A program made the position numbers and the translations under genes. Of a stretch of 64,000 nt of DNA, positions 55,921 through 64,000 are shown in pieces (within the stretch, counting starts at the first letter, position 1; the number at the start of each line of letters is the position of its first letter). Source of the DNA: Candidatus Magasanikiibacteriota bacterium. GTDB taxonomy: Bacteria > Patescibacteriota > Patescibacteriia > Magasanikbacterales > GWA2-37-8. The stretch is from NCBI GenBank assembly GCA_041666265.1, contig JBAYHH010000003.1, forward strand, positions 2,020 through 66,019, given 5' to 3'. The notes under the pieces were generated by a model, which worked only from the letters and a program-made list of their open reading frames with translations, was not told the origin of the DNA and did no database searches.

Positions 55921-56663
55921 ATGAGTGAAGTATTTAGACCAATTTCAAATACACCGCCGGACACAGTGATAAATACAATTAAATTTTATGGCAGAATGAT
56001 TATAGATTTGCAAATATTTACCATTTTTAAAGATCTGAAAAAAACCGTAGTATCTTTTGAAGGAAATATATTAGACATTGGGTGTGGACTATCTCCATAT
56101 AAGTTTTTGTTGAAAACTGGGGGGGGACACGATATTTCGGCATTGATATTGTGGATGCAGATAAATTTGATTATAAAAATTCAAGCATCACACCTTTTGA
56201 TGGCGAAGAAATTCCCTTCGAGAATGACAAGTTTGATGGGTTAATGTGTACGGAAGTGCTTGAGCATGTTTATCACTACCAAAAATTAATAGATGAAATG
56301 TATCGTGTTATGAAAAAGGGAGGAATGGGTATTTTAACAGTTCCGTGGGGCGGTAGATACCATTACATACCTTTTGATTATTTCCGTTATACGCCCAGCA
56401 GTTATAAAATTATGTTTGACAAATTTAGCAAAGTGGAAATTTCGCCCAGGGGAACAGATATTGCAAATATTGCTAATAAGTTAATTGTGATCTGGGCAAG
56501 AGGGATTGTGCCATTTAAAATTTTTAAATTAATTTTTTTACCAGTTTGGATAATCTCATTATTATTTTTGGGTATAGTTGTGGTTCTGGCTCACTTATCA
56601 TTGAGTTATAATATTGGGAGCCAAGATGATCCTCTCGGATATACAATTAGAATAGTAAAATAA
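55921..56663 (+). pseudogene. class I SAM methyltransferase split by a frameshift at a G8 tract (56119-56126)
   Basis: Motif I LDIGCG in the upstream frame; TRYFGIDI..TEVLEH..DYFRYT in the -1 frame directly after the G run. Confidence 0.8.
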
Positions 56664-56699
56664 TCAAATTGTTGGTTTAAAAAACAAGAAGTATAAAAT

Positions 56700-57551
56700 A
56701 TGATTATAACGAAAATTAAGTGCGGGCTCGGCAATCAGATGTTTCAGTATGCGTTGGGTAGGCGTCTGGCGCTGGACTGGAAAGACGAACTAAAGGTTGA
56801 TTTATCTTGGTTCGATAATATTCAAGTTGGCGACATACCCAGGGAGTTGGAGATCGACGATTTTAATATTGTTTTAAAAGAAGCTACTGAGTCGGAGATT
56901 GCCAAATCATCGCCGTATTTTTTTTCGAGGACAGTCGATAAAATCCGCGGATGTATAAACAGAAATCATTTTTATCATTTCTATCCACAGATTTTAAAAA
57001 AGAAAAAGAACATCTATTTAGATGGCTATTTTCAAAGTTATAAATATTTTGAATCAATCAGGCATGTATTATTAGCGGAATTTATTTTAAAAAGTGGTTA
57101 TCACCAAAAAGTTGATGAAATAAAAGTGGCAATTGAGAGTGTTGATCAATCTGTGGCCATGCATATTCGTCGCGGTGATTACGCTACTATACGAAAAGGA
57201 TATCACGGGTTGTGTGATTTGTCTTATTATCAAAAAGCCTTGGCGATGATAAAAAGTCATTACCCGAATATTACATTATTTATTTTTTCGGATGATATTG
57301 AGTGGGCAAAAAGTAATTTAAAATACGACAGTCCAATGGTGTTTGTCTCACAACCAGAATTATGTCCCGCAGAAGAAATGTGGTTGATGAGTCTGTGTAA
57401 ACACCACATTATTGCTAACAGCACATATAGTTGGTGGTCGGCGTGGCTCAATCAAAATCCAGAAAAGATTGTCATTGCTCCCAAGCGCTGGATACGGGCA
57501 GCTGACATCAACACCGAAGATTTAATTCCGAGTAATTGGCTGCAAATATAA
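56700..57551 (+). CDS. alpha-1,2-fucosyltransferase (GT11)
   Basis: GLGNQMFQYA, GYFQS, HIRRGDY, FSDD, ANST.SWW.AWL. Confidence 0.93.
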   Translation: MIITKIKCGLGNQMFQYALGRRLALDWKDELKVDLSWFDNIQVGDIPRELEIDDFNIVLKEATESEIAKSSPYFFSRTVDKIRGCINRNHFYHFYPQILKKKKNIYLDGYFQSYKYFESIRHVLLAEFILKSGYHQKVDEIKVAIESVDQSVAMHIRRGDYATIRKGYHGLCDLSYYQKALAMIKSHYPNITLFIFSDDIEWAKSNLKYDSPMVFVSQPELCPAEEMWLMSLCKHHIIANSTYSWWSAWLNQNPEKIVIAPKRWIRAADINTEDLIPSNWLQI

Positions 57552-57554
57552 ACT

Positions 57555-58301
57555 ATGTCGCAGGTGAGTGTTATAATGGTTTCTCATAATCGCGATAATT
57601 TTATCGGGCTTGCGATTGATAGTGTTTTGTCGCAATCATTTTTTGATTGGGAGATGATTATTATTGACGACTGTTCGACAGATAATACCGGTGCACTCGT
57701 TGGCAAGTATGGCGACCCTCGAATTAAATATTTTAAAAATGAAAGCCGAATGGGTATTGTGCAATCGCGCAACAAGGCTCTATCGATCGCGCGTGGTGAA
57801 TATGTGGCAATATTAGATAGCGATGATATTTGGCAGGATAAAGATAAGCTTAAAAAGCAGGTTGAGTTTCTCCAAAATAATCATGATTATGTTTTGTGTG
57901 GAGGAATGGCTGAGATTATTGATGGGAGCGGTAAAAAAGTTGGAGAAATAAATTTTAAGGAAAAAGATGATGAAATAAGAAAAATAATGCTATTAAGCAA
58001 TCAGCTTGTTCATTCTTCGGTGCTGTACAGAAAAGATCCGGCGGTCGCGGTCGGTGGATATGGTAATTATGAAGTGGGGGAGGACTATGATTTGTTTTTA
58101 AAATTGGGTTTGGTTGGCAAGTTTAAAAATTTGTCTGACCATTTAGTGTTTTACCGTCGTCATACTGGTGGGGTGACATGGCACGATCGACGAAAATCCG
58201 CGTTGTGCCATTTAAAAATTATAATTCAATATCGTAACAGATATCCTAATTATCTTTTTGCCGTACTCAAAGCCTATGTACGAGTAATAATATCATGGTA
58301 G
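57555..58301 (+). CDS. GT2 glycosyltransferase
   Basis: IDDCSTD, SRN, LDSDD, EDYDL. Confidence 0.9.
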   Translation: MSQVSVIMVSHNRDNFIGLAIDSVLSQSFFDWEMIIIDDCSTDNTGALVGKYGDPRIKYFKNESRMGIVQSRNKALSIARGEYVAILDSDDIWQDKDKLKKQVEFLQNNHDYVLCGGMAEIIDGSGKKVGEINFKEKDDEIRKIMLLSNQLVHSSVLYRKDPAVAVGGYGNYEVGEDYDLFLKLGLVGKFKNLSDHLVFYRRHTGGVTWHDRRKSALCHLKIIIQYRNRYPNYLFAVLKAYVRVIISW

Positions 58302-58302
58302 T

Positions 58303-59415
58303 ATGAAAATCCTCCACCTCATCACCAAATCCGAACTGGGCGGGGCGCAGACGCATGTAGCTCAACTTTGCAATTATTTTAAAATGAACGGAGTCGATGT
58401 AGTGGTTATGAGCTATCCGGGTGGGTGGCTGGAAGATGAGGTTAATAAAATAGGAGTTAAGTTTTTTCCAAATAAATATTTTTCCAATAGTCCCAATCCC
58501 ATTAAAATTTGGTTGGCGGCCAAGGAGATAAACAAAGTTTTGCTGAGCTTTGCTCCTGACATCGTTCATTGTCACGGCTCCGCTGCGGGCGTGCTAGGGC
58601 GATTGGTGGTTCGTGGTAAAATAAAAACAATTTTTACCGCTCACGGATGGAGTTTTAACAAGGGGGTGCCATTGTGGTTGAAGGTGTTTGGCGTCATCAG
58701 TGAAAAAATTTGTGGATTTTATACATCAAAAATTATCGCGGTATGTAATTTCGTGAAAGAGTACGGGATAAAATATCGGGTAGCCGAATCGGATAAATTT
58801 ACAGTTATTTATAATGGTATCGAAGTCGTTGATGGTAGATCCGTTGCTCCGCTCAGGGTAGCAGACAATCGTGGTAAGCAGAAGATAAAAATGGTGTTTG
58901 TCGGTCGTCTGGCAGCTCCCAAAGACCCGTTTATATTGATGGAAGCCCTTGCTAAAAGTGCAATTAAAGATGATGTTGAATTAAGTATCATTGGATCGGG
59001 TCCACAAGACAGCCGGGTAGCGAAACAAATGAATTCATTAGGATTAACCCAAGTAAAGCTTCTCGGATCCTTGCCCCGCCATCAAGTATTTGATATATTA
59101 AAGCAGTCTGATGTATTTGTATTAACCACCAATTGGGAGGGTTTTCCGTACGCAGTGCTCGAAGCAATGAGTTGTGGTCTGCCGGTGATCGCATCTGATG
59201 TGGGCGGTATTAAAGAAATGATAACACCCGATACGGGAATTTTGGTAAAAAAAGGTGACGCCAATCAATTAAAAATGGCCTTAGAAAAGTTAGTATTAGA
59301 TTCTGAAATGAGGCGACGAATGGGTGATGCCGCTCGAGAAAAGGTAATAAATAGTTTTTCATTGGATAAAATGTTTCAAGAAACTGCCAAAGTTTACGAA
59401 GAAGTATCACGATAG
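58303..59415 (+). CDS. GT4 glycosyltransferase
   Basis: GGAQ, VGRL...KD, EGFP...LEAM..G.PVIASDVGG. Confidence 0.92.
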   Translation: MKILHLITKSELGGAQTHVAQLCNYFKMNGVDVVVMSYPGGWLEDEVNKIGVKFFPNKYFSNSPNPIKIWLAAKEINKVLLSFAPDIVHCHGSAAGVLGRLVVRGKIKTIFTAHGWSFNKGVPLWLKVFGVISEKICGFYTSKIIAVCNFVKEYGIKYRVAESDKFTVIYNGIEVVDGRSVAPLRVADNRGKQKIKMVFVGRLAAPKDPFILMEALAKSAIKDDVELSIIGSGPQDSRVAKQMNSLGLTQVKLLGSLPRHQVFDILKQSDVFVLTTNWEGFPYAVLEAMSCGLPVIASDVGGIKEMITPDTGILVKKGDANQLKMALEKLVLDSEMRRRMGDAAREKVINSFSLDKMFQETAKVYEEVSR

Positions 59416-59502
59416 ATTCCCATTCGGCTGTCGCTCAGGGCAGGCTTTCGATTCGCGGAGTTTACCCTGAGCAGAGCCGAATGGGCTTCGCTCAAAATGA
59501 CA
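59414..59502. repeat. composite REP-like element containing an inverted CCCATTCGGCT..GCTCAGGG pair
   Basis: AGATTC[CCATTCGGCTGTCGCTCAGGG...CCCTGAGCAGAGCCGAATGGG]CTTCGCTCAAAATGACA. Confidence 0.75.
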
Positions 59503-59514
59503 AATAAATGATTT

Positions 59515-60252
59515 ATGAAAAAAAATAACCAAATGAAAGTCGGAATATTGGGTTATGGCGAGGTGGGCAAGGCCATCGCTAATTTTATTAACAAGCCACT
59601 GATTAAAGATATCGGCCGTGACGATTTTATCGGTAAGAAGATCGGGGTTTTGCATGTTTGTATACCTGATAGCGTTAATTTTGAAAAAATTGTCGGTGAA
59701 AATATATTGTCAACCAAACCAAAGTTGGTGATTATTCATTCTACTGTGGCCGTCGGTAAAACAAAGAATTTGTTTCAAAAGTTTGGCAATGTCGTCCACT
59801 CACCCGTTAGAGGCGTTCACCCCAATCTCTATCAAGGCATTAAAACTTTTATTAAATTTGTCGGAGCTGACAACAAAAAACTGGGAAAAAAAGCGGCTGA
59901 ACACCTGCGCGAAATCGGTATAAAAAATGTAAAAGTTTATACACCATCCGCGACTACCGAATTGGGGAAATTATTAGACACTACTTATTACGGGTTTTGT
60001 ATCGCGTATCACGCCTATGCCAATAAATTATGTAAAAAAACGGGCGCGGATTTTGAAGGTGCAATGACTGATTTTAATATTAGTTACAATGAAGGATATA
60101 AAAAATTAGGTAAGAAAAATGTCATTCGACCGGTTTTGTATCCACCCCAAGACGACAAAATTACCGGACATTGTGTGGTACAAAATACTGAAATTTTAAA
60201 CAAGATTTTTGGGGAAGACGAAATACTGAAATGTATTTTGAGGCACAAGTAG
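59515..60252 (+). CDS. short UDP-glucose/GDP-mannose dehydrogenase family protein lacking the C-terminal domain
   Basis: GYGEVG, IHSTV..G.T, HSP, TELGKL, GHC. Confidence 0.7.
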   Translation: MKKNNQMKVGILGYGEVGKAIANFINKPLIKDIGRDDFIGKKIGVLHVCIPDSVNFEKIVGENILSTKPKLVIIHSTVAVGKTKNLFQKFGNVVHSPVRGVHPNLYQGIKTFIKFVGADNKKLGKKAAEHLREIGIKNVKVYTPSATTELGKLLDTTYYGFCIAYHAYANKLCKKTGADFEGAMTDFNISYNEGYKKLGKKNVIRPVLYPPQDDKITGHCVVQNTEILNKIFGEDEILKCILRHK

Positions 60253-60323
60253 TGAAGATTCTTCGACTCCGCCCTTTGGGCTTCGCTCAGAATGACAATT
60301 TTCTATTTTACTAAACTAAAATT

Positions 60324-61223
60324 ATGTCCCACCTCATCGTCACCGGCGGAGCCGGATTTATCGGCTCGCATCTCACGGATAAATTAATCGCGCTTGGTCA
60401 CTCCGTCACTGTGGTGGATAATTTAATGCTCGGCAAGAAGGAATTTATCAACAAAAAAGCGAAGTTTGCTAAAGCCGATATTCGCGACTACAAAAAATTA
60501 TCAAAAATTTTTAAAAGCGCCGATGCGGTGTTTCATCTCGCTGCCGATCCGCGCTTGCCGGTTTCGATCGAAGATCCGATCGGCACCCATGAGATCAATG
60601 TCACCGGCACGCTCAATGTCCTCATGGCGGCTAAGGAGAACAGTGTCGCCAAAGTTATTTTTTCATCGTCGTGCGTCGTTTATGGCGATCAGCCTTTGCC
60701 GATCAAAGAGGGTGATTCATTTCATCCGGTGAGCCCTTATGGGTTGCACAAATTAATGAGCGAAAAATATTGCCAAATTTTTAGCGCGCTCTATGGTATT
60801 AAAACCGTGTGCCTGCGTTATTTTAATGTCTATGGCCCGCGCAAGCTCGATGCCGGCGGTTATCCGATGGTGATCCCGATTTTTCTCGGTCAAAAAAAAC
60901 GCGGTGAAAAACTGACCATCGTTGGTGATGGTGAATCCACGCGCGACTATGTGTCGGTATATGATGTGGTGGAAGCGAATATCAAAGCCTGGCAATCGAG
61001 CGTGGACGACGGGCGGGGGATAAACATCGGATCGGGACAGCAGGTGAGTGTGAATGCGATCGCGCAAATGATTGGTGGCAAGACGGTCAACATTGCTCCA
61101 CGATCTGGCGAAATGAGATTTGTGCAAGCGGACAATTCGTTGGCCAAAAATTTATTAGGCTGGGAACCAAAAGTGAAATTTGAGGAGGGGATCGAAGAGC
61201 TGAAAAAAGCATGGGGATTATAA
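60324..61223 (+). CDS. NAD-dependent NDP-sugar epimerase/dehydratase
   Basis: TGGAGFIGSH, SPYGLHK, LRYFNVYGP, GDG..TRD. Confidence 0.9.
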   Translation: MSHLIVTGGAGFIGSHLTDKLIALGHSVTVVDNLMLGKKEFINKKAKFAKADIRDYKKLSKIFKSADAVFHLAADPRLPVSIEDPIGTHEINVTGTLNVLMAAKENSVAKVIFSSSCVVYGDQPLPIKEGDSFHPVSPYGLHKLMSEKYCQIFSALYGIKTVCLRYFNVYGPRKLDAGGYPMVIPIFLGQKKRGEKLTIVGDGESTRDYVSVYDVVEANIKAWQSSVDDGRGINIGSGQQVSVNAIAQMIGGKTVNIAPRSGEMRFVQADNSLAKNLLGWEPKVKFEEGIEELKKAWGL

Positions 61224-61228
61224 ATAAC

Positions 61229-61255
61229 AAAAAAGAGCCTCGTGGCTCTTTTTTT
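61229..61255. terminator. bidirectional terminator
   Basis: AAAAAAGAGCC-TCGT-GGCTCTTTTTT between convergent genes. Confidence 0.85.
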
Positions 61256-61298
61256 GTATCGATTTTAGATTCATCGGTTCACTCCGGATGACAACGGC

Positions 61299-61574
61299 TT
61301 ACGCCACCACATGCGCGTATTTCGCGAGTTTGAGTGTGCCGTCGAAGCGCAGGCGTTTGGACTGAGTGAATTTCACCTTGCCGTTCGCTTTGGCGAACAG
61401 GGTGTCATCGGTGCCTTTGGCGACATTTTTGCCCGGGTGAATGCGAGTACCGCGTTGTTTGACGATAATCATGCCGGTTTTGATGGCTTGGCCATTATGG
61501 ACCTTGACTCCGAGGCGTTTGGCCTGTGAATCGCGGCCCAATCGGGTAGAGCCACCTGCTTTTTTATGTGACAT
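61299..61574 (-). CDS. rpmA: 50S ribosomal protein L27
   Basis: [29 protein letters not shown]. Confidence 0.98.
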   Translation of the reverse strand: MSHKKAGGSTRLGRDSQAKRLGVKVHNGQAIKTGMIIVKQRGTRIHPGKNVAKGTDDTLFAKANGKVKFTQSKRLRFDGTLKLAKYAHVVA

Positions 61575-61760
61575 ATGGGATTATATCAAAAATCAAAGAT
61601 AATAACTCAAAAATATAGTAGCGATATTATAGCGTATTTCAACAACCTTGTCAAGACGGAGTTGGGGTGGTAGAATAAAAGGGTAAATTATCGGTATAAA
61701 CTCGATTTATCGCCAAAAATCGCTATTTTTACTTTATAATTTTTTATATTTGATTTTTTT

Positions 61761-62114
61761 ATGTTTTACTCCCCTAAACTGTTTGTCCGTGATTTGTGGA
61801 TCGGCATTCCGCTTGTCGTCACAGTCAGTTGTGTAGCGATTGTTTCGTGGTATGTCGTCGCCCATATTCACCCCACCGACGCCCAAATATTTTTACACTA
61901 CAATGCCATTTTTGGCATTGACCTAATTGGCCCTTGGTGGCAGATGTATTTTTTACCGATTTTTGCCACCGCGATTTTTTTGATAAATTTTTCCGTGGCG
62001 CTATGGTTTTATCGCGCGGACAAATTTTTGGCGCGCCTGCTCGCGGTTCTCGCGGCGGTGTGGGAAATATTTTTGGTAGTCGCGACGATTTTGATAGTGG
62101 GGTTAAATATTTAA
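61761..62114 (+). CDS. small membrane protein, 3 TM
   Basis: LHYN..FGID..G.W motif between hydrophobic helices. Confidence 0.7.
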   Translation: MFYSPKLFVRDLWIGIPLVVTVSCVAIVSWYVVAHIHPTDAQIFLHYNAIFGIDLIGPWWQMYFLPIFATAIFLINFSVALWFYRADKFLARLLAVLAAVWEIFLVVATILIVGLNI

Positions 62115-62122
62115 AAATAAAT

Positions 62123-62199
62123 TCAGTGTCGTTAATATATTGCGTCCAAGCGACACTGCGCAGCACAAGGAGCGGGACGCAGTATATTAACGACACTGA
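62123..62199. repeat. 25-bp inverted repeat, MITE/REP-like
   Basis: TCAGTGTCGTTAATATATTGCGTCC versus GGACGCAGTATATTAACGACACTGA (24/25 match). Confidence 0.85.
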
Positions 62200-62205
62200 G
62201 CCATT

Positions 62206-63210
62206 ATGCGTATTCTCGTCACCGGCGGCGCCGGATTTATCGGATCCAACTTCATTCGCCATATTTTAAATAAATACCCGGGTTATTCGGTGGTGAATTT
62301 AGATTTGCTTACCTATGCCGGAAATCTGGAAAATTTGCGCGATCTGGAAAAAAAACCGGCATACACTTTTGTCCAAGGCGACATCGCCGATAAAACATTG
62401 GTTGACCAGCTTGTAAAAAATACCGACGCCATCGTGCATTTCGCCGCCGAGTCGCATGTCGATCGCTCGATTTTGGACAGCTCGGCTTTTATTCATACCA
62501 ATATCATTGGCACGCATACTTTGCTTGAAGCCACGAAAAACAATGGCCTGAAACGCTTTCATCATGTTTCTACCGACGAAGTCTATGGCGCGTTGTCACC
62601 GACTGATCCGGCCTTTTGCGAAACCACGCCCTACAGTCCGCGCAGTCCGTATAGCGCCAGCAAAGCCGCGTCCGATCATTTGGCGCGCGCGTATTTTCAC
62701 ACCTACAATTTGCCGATTACCATTTCGAACTGCTCCAACAATTACGGACCCTACCAATTTCCCGAAAAATTACATGGGTTGTTTATTACCAATTTGCTCG
62801 AGGGCAAGAAAGTCCCGGTGTATGGCGATGGCCTTCAAGTGCGTGATTGGCTTTTTGTCGAAGATCATTGTCGCGCGATTGACATGATCCTTCATGATGG
62901 AAAAATTGGCGAGACCTATTGCGTGGGTGGAGCATGCGAAAAACCCAACATTGAAATCGCTCGCGCTATTTTGCGTTGGCTGAATTTGGGGGATGAGATG
63001 ATCGAGCATGTCGCGGATCGCCCCGGGCATGATCGTCGATATGCCATTGATTTTTCGAAAATAAAAAATGAGTTAGGATGGAGTCCCGAGGTGGATTTCG
63101 AACAGGGCATGAAAGCCACAGTCGAGTGGTATCAAAATAATCGCGCCTGGTGGCAAAAAATAAAAAGCGGGGAATATTTGGATTATTATAAAAAACAATA
63201 TCAAAAATAA
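62206..63210 (+). CDS. rfbB: dTDP-glucose 4,6-dehydratase
   Basis: LTYAGN, AAESHVDRSI, VSTDEVYG, PYSASKA, CSNNYGPYQFPEK, DRPGHDRRYA. Confidence 0.97.
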   Translation: MRILVTGGAGFIGSNFIRHILNKYPGYSVVNLDLLTYAGNLENLRDLEKKPAYTFVQGDIADKTLVDQLVKNTDAIVHFAAESHVDRSILDSSAFIHTNIIGTHTLLEATKNNGLKRFHHVSTDEVYGALSPTDPAFCETTPYSPRSPYSASKAASDHLARAYFHTYNLPITISNCSNNYGPYQFPEKLHGLFITNLLEGKKVPVYGDGLQVRDWLFVEDHCRAIDMILHDGKIGETYCVGGACEKPNIEIARAILRWLNLGDEMIEHVADRPGHDRRYAIDFSKIKNELGWSPEVDFEQGMKATVEWYQNNRAWWQKIKSGEYLDYYKKQYQK

Positions 63211-63214
63211 ATTT

Positions 63215-64000
63215 ATGAAAAGTAAAAAAATGACAGTGGCGGTGCTCGGCACCGGTAATATGGGGACAGCGCTCGCGGTGATGCTATCGCGGGGCGGACA
63301 TAGCGTGCGTCTGTGGAATTATGAAGGCGACCAAGAGCCGCTCAATCAAGTGAGAGAAGCGCGTGAAAATAAAAAATATTTGCCGGGCGTGTCATTGCCG
63401 GAAAATATCAGCGCTGAACCGGATTTGGAAAATGCGGTGCAGGGCGCTACAGTGGTATTTTTTGTAGTGCCGAGTAATTTCGTGGAGGCGATCATCAAAC
63501 GAGTGGCTGGTTTTTTGCCTTGCGGAGTAGTGTGTGTGGACGCGACCAAAGGCATGGATGAGAAATCGCTCGGATTGACAAGCGATGTAATCGAAAAATT
63601 ATTGCCAAAATGTTTGAGTCAAGCAGTGGTCAGTCTCTCGGGGCCGGCGATCGCGACCGATATGGTCAAGGGTGGGTGGACGGCGATGAATATCGCGTCC
63701 AAAAGTGAGCGCGCGCTCACCGTCGTGCATGAGGTACTCGCCGGCGATACGCTCAAGCTGATCGCCACGAATGATATGGTCGGCGTGGAAGTGGCCGGAG
63801 CTTTTAAAAATGTGTATGCGATCGCCATGGGGATTTGCGATGGTCTAAAATATCCACTCAATACCAAATCCGCTTTGTTGGTCATCGCTCTCCAAGAAAT
63901 CGCCGGACTGATCAAAAAAATGGGCGGACAGCGTGAGACCGTGTATGGTCTCGCCGGGCTTGGCGATCTCGTCGGCACCGGACTTTGTGGCACCAGCCGC
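63215..64000 (+). CDS. gpsA: NAD(P)H-dependent glycerol-3-phosphate dehydrogenase, truncated by the window end
   Basis: Manual translation: VAVLGTGNMGTALA, ENKKYLPG, ATKG, LSGP, GVEVAGAFKNVYAIA.G..DG, GLAGLGDL. Confidence 0.9.
   Translation, partial: MKSKKMTVAVLGTGNMGTALAVMLSRGGHSVRLWNYEGDQEPLNQVREARENKKYLPGVSLPENISAEPDLENAVQGATVVFFVVPSNFVEAIIKRVAGFLPCGVVCVDATKGMDEKSLGLTSDVIEKLLPKCLSQAVVSLSGPAIATDMVKGGWTAMNIASKSERALTVVHEVLAGDTLKLIATNDMVGVEVAGAFKNVYAIAMGICDGLKYPLNTKSALLVIALQEIAGLIKKMGGQRETVYGLAGLGDLVGTGLCGTSR

Noticed and set aside
61825-62269. Overlapping ORFs spanning the inverted repeat
   Set aside because: Both contain translations of the palindrome (SVSLIYCV..TQYINDTE) and overlap better-supported genes.
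1-64000. Alternative genetic code (UGA read as Gly)
   Set aside because: Conserved genes are full length under code 11 and several end in TGA.

Overview
Bacterial chromosomal window, standard genetic code (TGA is used as a stop). AT-rich leaders without Shine-Dalgarno motifs, scattered TTATCCACA boxes, GTCAT...GATCT and CCTGCC...GGCAGG palindromes, an ECF sigma/anti-sigma pair and a giant S-layer-like protein suggest a Patescibacteria (CPR) genome; this is inference. Left to right: (1) 1-300: minus-strand small-RNA units, each with its own promoter and terminator. One is an atypical tRNA-like RNA with alanine identity elements; the other is a ~65-nt RNA complementary to it over 25 nt. (2) An excisionase/BldC-like HTH gene with triplicated operator-like repeats, an ECF sigma/anti-sigma pair and a 1225-aa S-layer-like protein. 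(3) Repeat-delimited cassettes: AAA ATPase, MNT with a HEPN remnant, and an MNT-HEPN pair. (4) mtnP-apt, a secreted Zn-phospholipase C/lamin-tail/beta-helix protein and an O-antigen-ligase/TPR protein. (5) A ~43-kb surface-glycan locus (18.5-61.2 kb) covering GDP-fucose, a C-methylated deoxysugar, CDP-3,6-dideoxyhexoses, a DmpF/DmpG + ThDP enzyme + transketolase module likely making a higher-carbon branched sugar, a B12 radical SAM enzyme, a carbamoyltransferase, GT2/GT-C modules and a poly-G frameshifted methyltransferase. (6) rpmA, rfbB and a partial gpsA. All calls come from reading the sequence and ORF track; no searches were run.
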